This document shows, one piece after another, positions 57,097 through 64,000 of a DNA stretch of 64,000 bases. Origin of the DNA: the human T2T-CHM13v2.0 reference genome, Homo sapiens. The stretch is from NCBI RefSeq assembly GCF_009914755.1, contig NC_060945.1. The stretch is one strand, 5' to 3'. A program made the translations under genes and the position numbers. The notes beneath the pieces are model-generated. The model was not told where the DNA came from and made no database searches. It was given only the letters and a program-made list of their open reading frames with translations. Within the stretch, counting starts at the first letter, position 1, and every line of letters starts with the position of its first letter.

Positions 57097-59649
57097 CATT
57101 TCCACTTAAGTATCTATCTCTATTTGTTCTTTATTTTCATTTCCATCCTAGCTCTATCCCTTGTCTCCTTCGTGTGTCTCAGTATAAGTGCCCTATAACA
57201 TTTTATATTTCTGGAAACCCTTCAATATAAAGTTATTACATGTAAAAATAAAAAGTCTGTTTTAGCGAACTTTTTCTTCACAAATTATATTTTCCTACTT
57301 CCCTATTAGACAATTTTTGTAGGCTCCATATGCTATTAATTTACATTCACTTTTAGAAGAATTTTCATCAAAAGCAAAAGTCTTATGTAAATTGATTATA
57401 TGTTATTTCTACTTCTATGTATATATACGCACATAGCCACATACATATATGTAACTCCAGAGGCCTGCCTGGACTGTTTGATAACTGTATTGAACAACAG
57501 CAAGAAAAAGCTGTTCAAATTTCAAACAACAAGTTGAACTGAAGACTTCACATCTTTGAATTAAATAGACACTAGTAGCCTTTAAAAATTAAGCATTTCT
57601 ACTGTTTTAAAAAATTATAGCCATCATAGTATGAGGAAAAAATGTAATAATCTTTTTTAATTCTTGCCATTTTATTAACCACGGACTCCTTATGCCCTAA
57701 CTTCATTGGTACCCCTTTGAGATTAAACAGAACACTTAATTTAAAATTCTGATAAATAAATTAATTACAGCATTTACTTGAGGTACTCTTTCACCTTTCA
57801 AGAAATATTTTGAGAATTCATTAGCTAAATATTGCTATAATGCAGGCTAGTAATAAACGGAAAGAATGAATTCATTGTAAAGTTTAAACTAATGATGGTA
57901 TGATCTGGAATTTTTGTTAACTTAGAAGACATAATTAGCTTTAGAGGTGAAATGAAAGACAAAATCACTTCACATATTAGTAAAAAACAAATAATATAAC
58001 TTTATAAGCTACTGCTGTTCTTTTGCTATTAAGAACCAATGACATCTGTAATTAGGGAAGATTATGGAAAGATTAAAGATGAGAATACATGCAGTCTATC
58101 TACAGGAAACCTAAACTGTTTAGGTTAAGGAAATGTTTGAGAAAGTCATATTAATTAGCAGGTTCACAGGAAACTAACATTTATTGTATAAATTGCATGG
58201 TAAAATGTATTAGGGCTCCATGCACACAACTATGTGCCATCTACGTTACCACACAGTGCTTACTTCTTTCAGTCTTTATTCATTTCTCTCCTAATGGTCT
58301 GTATGGTATTATTACATAGTTCTAAAAACCTTCCATGAGGCAGAAATTTCATTTAATCATATAGCTTCAAAAATAATGAAAAACAGTAGAAAATTTCTAT
58401 TTTTTTATGAAGCAGAATTGTTGAATTTTCAGTTTCATTTATTTAATATTACAAGATGACAAACATATTTCTTTAACTCCATCTTTTTATTTTTGTCTAA
58501 CATCAACCACAGCCATTTCTTTCATTTGAAGTTGAAAACTGCTCATCAAAATCCAGTTTAAGCTGAGAAACAAAGAACTAAATTTTGCATGAGAGATTAT
58601 ACACTGCATAAGTAAAAAACAGGACCAGAAACAATGGTGGATTAGCAATTTTTAAAAAGACAAAAACAGGTTATCATCAAATCAATTGTTACCAACACAC
58701 CAATTCCACCTCTAGGACAGAAAATTAGCCACTTACCCACGGGAAAACAATGATTGAAGACAAAGTTCACCAGTGAAAGTTGGTTATTTTTTTCCATCCT
58801 TGCATCAACTAGAATGATATCTACAGTTCCTCTTAACACTTTTCTGAGTTTCAAATATGTGGGTATGCTTCATTAGCTGAAGCCATTTTCCATATGTACA
58901 TCTGGCTACAAGGGAAACTGGGAATGTGAGCCCTGATCCTAATGTTTGTAGAGTATTTAGAAATTTGAGAATTCCCTCCAAATAAAGAGTTTTTTAAAAC
59001 ATTGTTAGACAAAAAGTTTGAATTACAAAATGTGGTAGTAGCTCAGGTCTAACTCAAATGCAGGGAAAAAAACTATTAACTGTAAAAAAAATTAAATACA
59101 CATTTGATGGCAATGAGAAACAGAAAACAGGCAGAAATAGTAGAATATTCAACCACTGATGAAGTATTTGACCATTGAATAAAGAAAATTGCAATGATTT
59201 AAATTTGCATCAGTGCAACTTCACACCTCATGACGCTTCCCAGTCTGTGCAAAATTAGAAGTCTACGAGTAAAGTGGTGAGTTTTACTAGCTTGAGGAAT
59301 ACGAGCACAGAGTTCCAGGCTGACAGAAAAGAAGAACTGGGAAATTTGAATGACATGGGAGGAAATCTCACACAACTGAAAGTCACAGAGGAGAATGTCA
59401 CAGAGTAAAAATCTAAAATCAGCACTTCAACTTCATTCAGATATATGATGGCTGCTACATTTCACATTCATAAAAAGAGACTCCATAGAATCCAGCAGAA
59501 AACAACAGCTAAATTGCTAGTACAGAGCAGAGATTTCAACCATTGCATATAGCTCAGGAGTGAAAGTTTGGTGTTTGACTACAGAAAAAAGACTAATGTT
59601 AGAAAAGAGTCACTCTTCAAACGAAAATAGAAGAACCTATCTCTACAAA

Positions 59650-62620
<2,971 letters not shown>

Positions 62621-62641
62621 AATTGATTTCAACTTAAAGAG

Positions 62642-63259
62642 CTATCACCATTCTAATCTGTGATTCTAATGAATTTGGCTATCTTAGATACTTTATACAA
62701 GTGGAATCATACAGTTTGTCCTTCTGTGACTGATTTACTTTACTTAGCATTAATGTCCTCTAGGTTCATCCATGTTGCATATTGCCGGGATTTCTTGTTT
62801 TAAAGCTGAATAATATTCCGTTGTATGAATATACCACATTTTCTTTATCTTTTCATCTGCCAATAGACATTAACCTTATTTCCACATTTTAATTAGTGTA
62901 AATAATGCTGCAATGAGCCTGAGAATCATCCCAATCTCCATTCTTTCAGATAAATAACCTGAAGTGAGACTACTAGATCATATGGTAGTTCTACTTTCTT
63001 AATTTTTTTGAGGAACCACCGTACTGTTTTCCATAGAGGCTGCACAGTTTTACTTTCCCAGAAACACTGTAGAAGTGTTCCAGTTTCTCCCCATTGTTAA
63101 CACTCATTATCTTTTTCTTTTAATAAGACTATTCTAACAGGTTTGAGGCAATATCTCTTTGTGGTTTTGATTTGCATTTCCCTGAGGATTAGTGATGCTG
63201 AGCATTTTTTTCATGTATCTGTTGGTCATTTGGATATTTTCTTTGGAGAAATATCTATT
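62642..63259 (-). mobile_element. L1MA/L1MB 3' region nested antisense in the older L1
   Basis: AAGTGGAATCATACAG...GGTTCATCCATGTTGCA...AATAATGCTGCAATGA...GATCATATGGTAGTTCTA...GTGGTTTTGATTTGCATTTCCCTGA...TTGGAGAAATATCTATT. Confidence 0.85.
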
Positions 63260-63267
63260 GCTGATTT

Positions 63268-63450
63268 AAAAAAAAACTCTCAGCAAGCTAGAAAAGGAAA
63301 TTTTCTCAAAGTGATGGAAAGCATCCACAACAAGACATATAAACATTATATTTAATGGTGAAAGTGTAAATATTTAAACTACATAGATTAGGACAAGAAA
63401 GGAATGTGTGTGTTCATCACCTCTATTCAACATTGTACTGGTGATCCTAG
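63268..63450 (+). mobile_element. Continuation of the sense L1M ORF2 fragment
   Basis: AAAACTCTCAGCAAGCTAG...AACATTATATTTAATGGTGAAA...CTATTCAACATTGTACTGG..TCCTAG is the L1 RT region. Confidence 0.75.
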
Positions 63451-64000
63451 ATTCTGAGTATAAATATTTAGGGGACAACTATTGTCACTGAAGTCCAAAT
63501 CTTGGTCATCCTCAGAAAAAAAAAAAGTTGATTAGATTGTATATAATCTAATTCTACTTGCTAACTTAATTTCTCTAAAATTACAGCTTGCATCCACTCT
63601 AGAATTTATTGGGCACCTCCTAGGGCATAAACACTGGAATTTGGTGAGAGACATCAAATAGGAAAGAACCTGGCTCTGACATAAATTCAACACACGAAGG
63701 GGGACACATGTTATGAGACTGACCTGGCCTCTCCATCTCATAAAAGGGGTTCTTGTTGCTGGTAACACAGATTAAAACTATTTCAATTACATTCAAGATA
63801 AAAAGATTAGCAATGGTATGTAAGATGAAAAAATCACCCCACAGGAAGACAAAAGTCTTACAAAAGGATATTTAAACTAGCCAACCCTTTGAAATTCAGG
63901 CAGAGATCGTGCTTTCTGGGTGAACTAAGGTAGCAAGAACAAAGTAGAGGCTCCAATTCTAGGAAAAATGGGCCCTAATAAGGTTTACAATCCAGAAACT

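Noticed and set aside
58860-58940. Possible MLT1 fragment (CTGGCTACAAGGGAAACTGGGAATGTG)
   Set aside because: A single short motif is too weak to call.

Overview
Primate (almost certainly human) pericentromeric or acrocentric-type satellite-to-unique-DNA boundary. I can support no protein-coding gene here. (1) 1-~32,130: classical Human Satellite 3 (HSat3), (GGAAT)n punctuated by the decamer CAACCCGAGT. It contains recent near-identical tandem duplications of ~2.82 kb and ~3.89 kb, older 0.27-1.7 kb repeats, and one template-switch micro-inversion. (2) ~32,130-46,494: a different composite satellite. Mixed GGAGT/GGAAT pentamer spacers alternate with 35 counted, co-oriented copies of a ~62-80 bp cassette from the extreme 3' end of an old, CpG-decayed Alu. 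The cassettes form nested higher-order repeats (8 cassettes in ~3.0 kb; a further offset of ~7.4 kb). (3) The array ends at a 5'-truncated AluS fused by microhomology. It is followed by ~17 kb of AT-rich non-genic DNA with interspersed repeats: a CR1/L3 RT relic, MIR, L2, L1M, L1PA, Tigger3/MER7, AluY and (CA)n. The MEWNG/IPFHS ORFs are translation artefacts of the pentamer. Repeat subfamily calls and coordinates were read by eye and are approximate.
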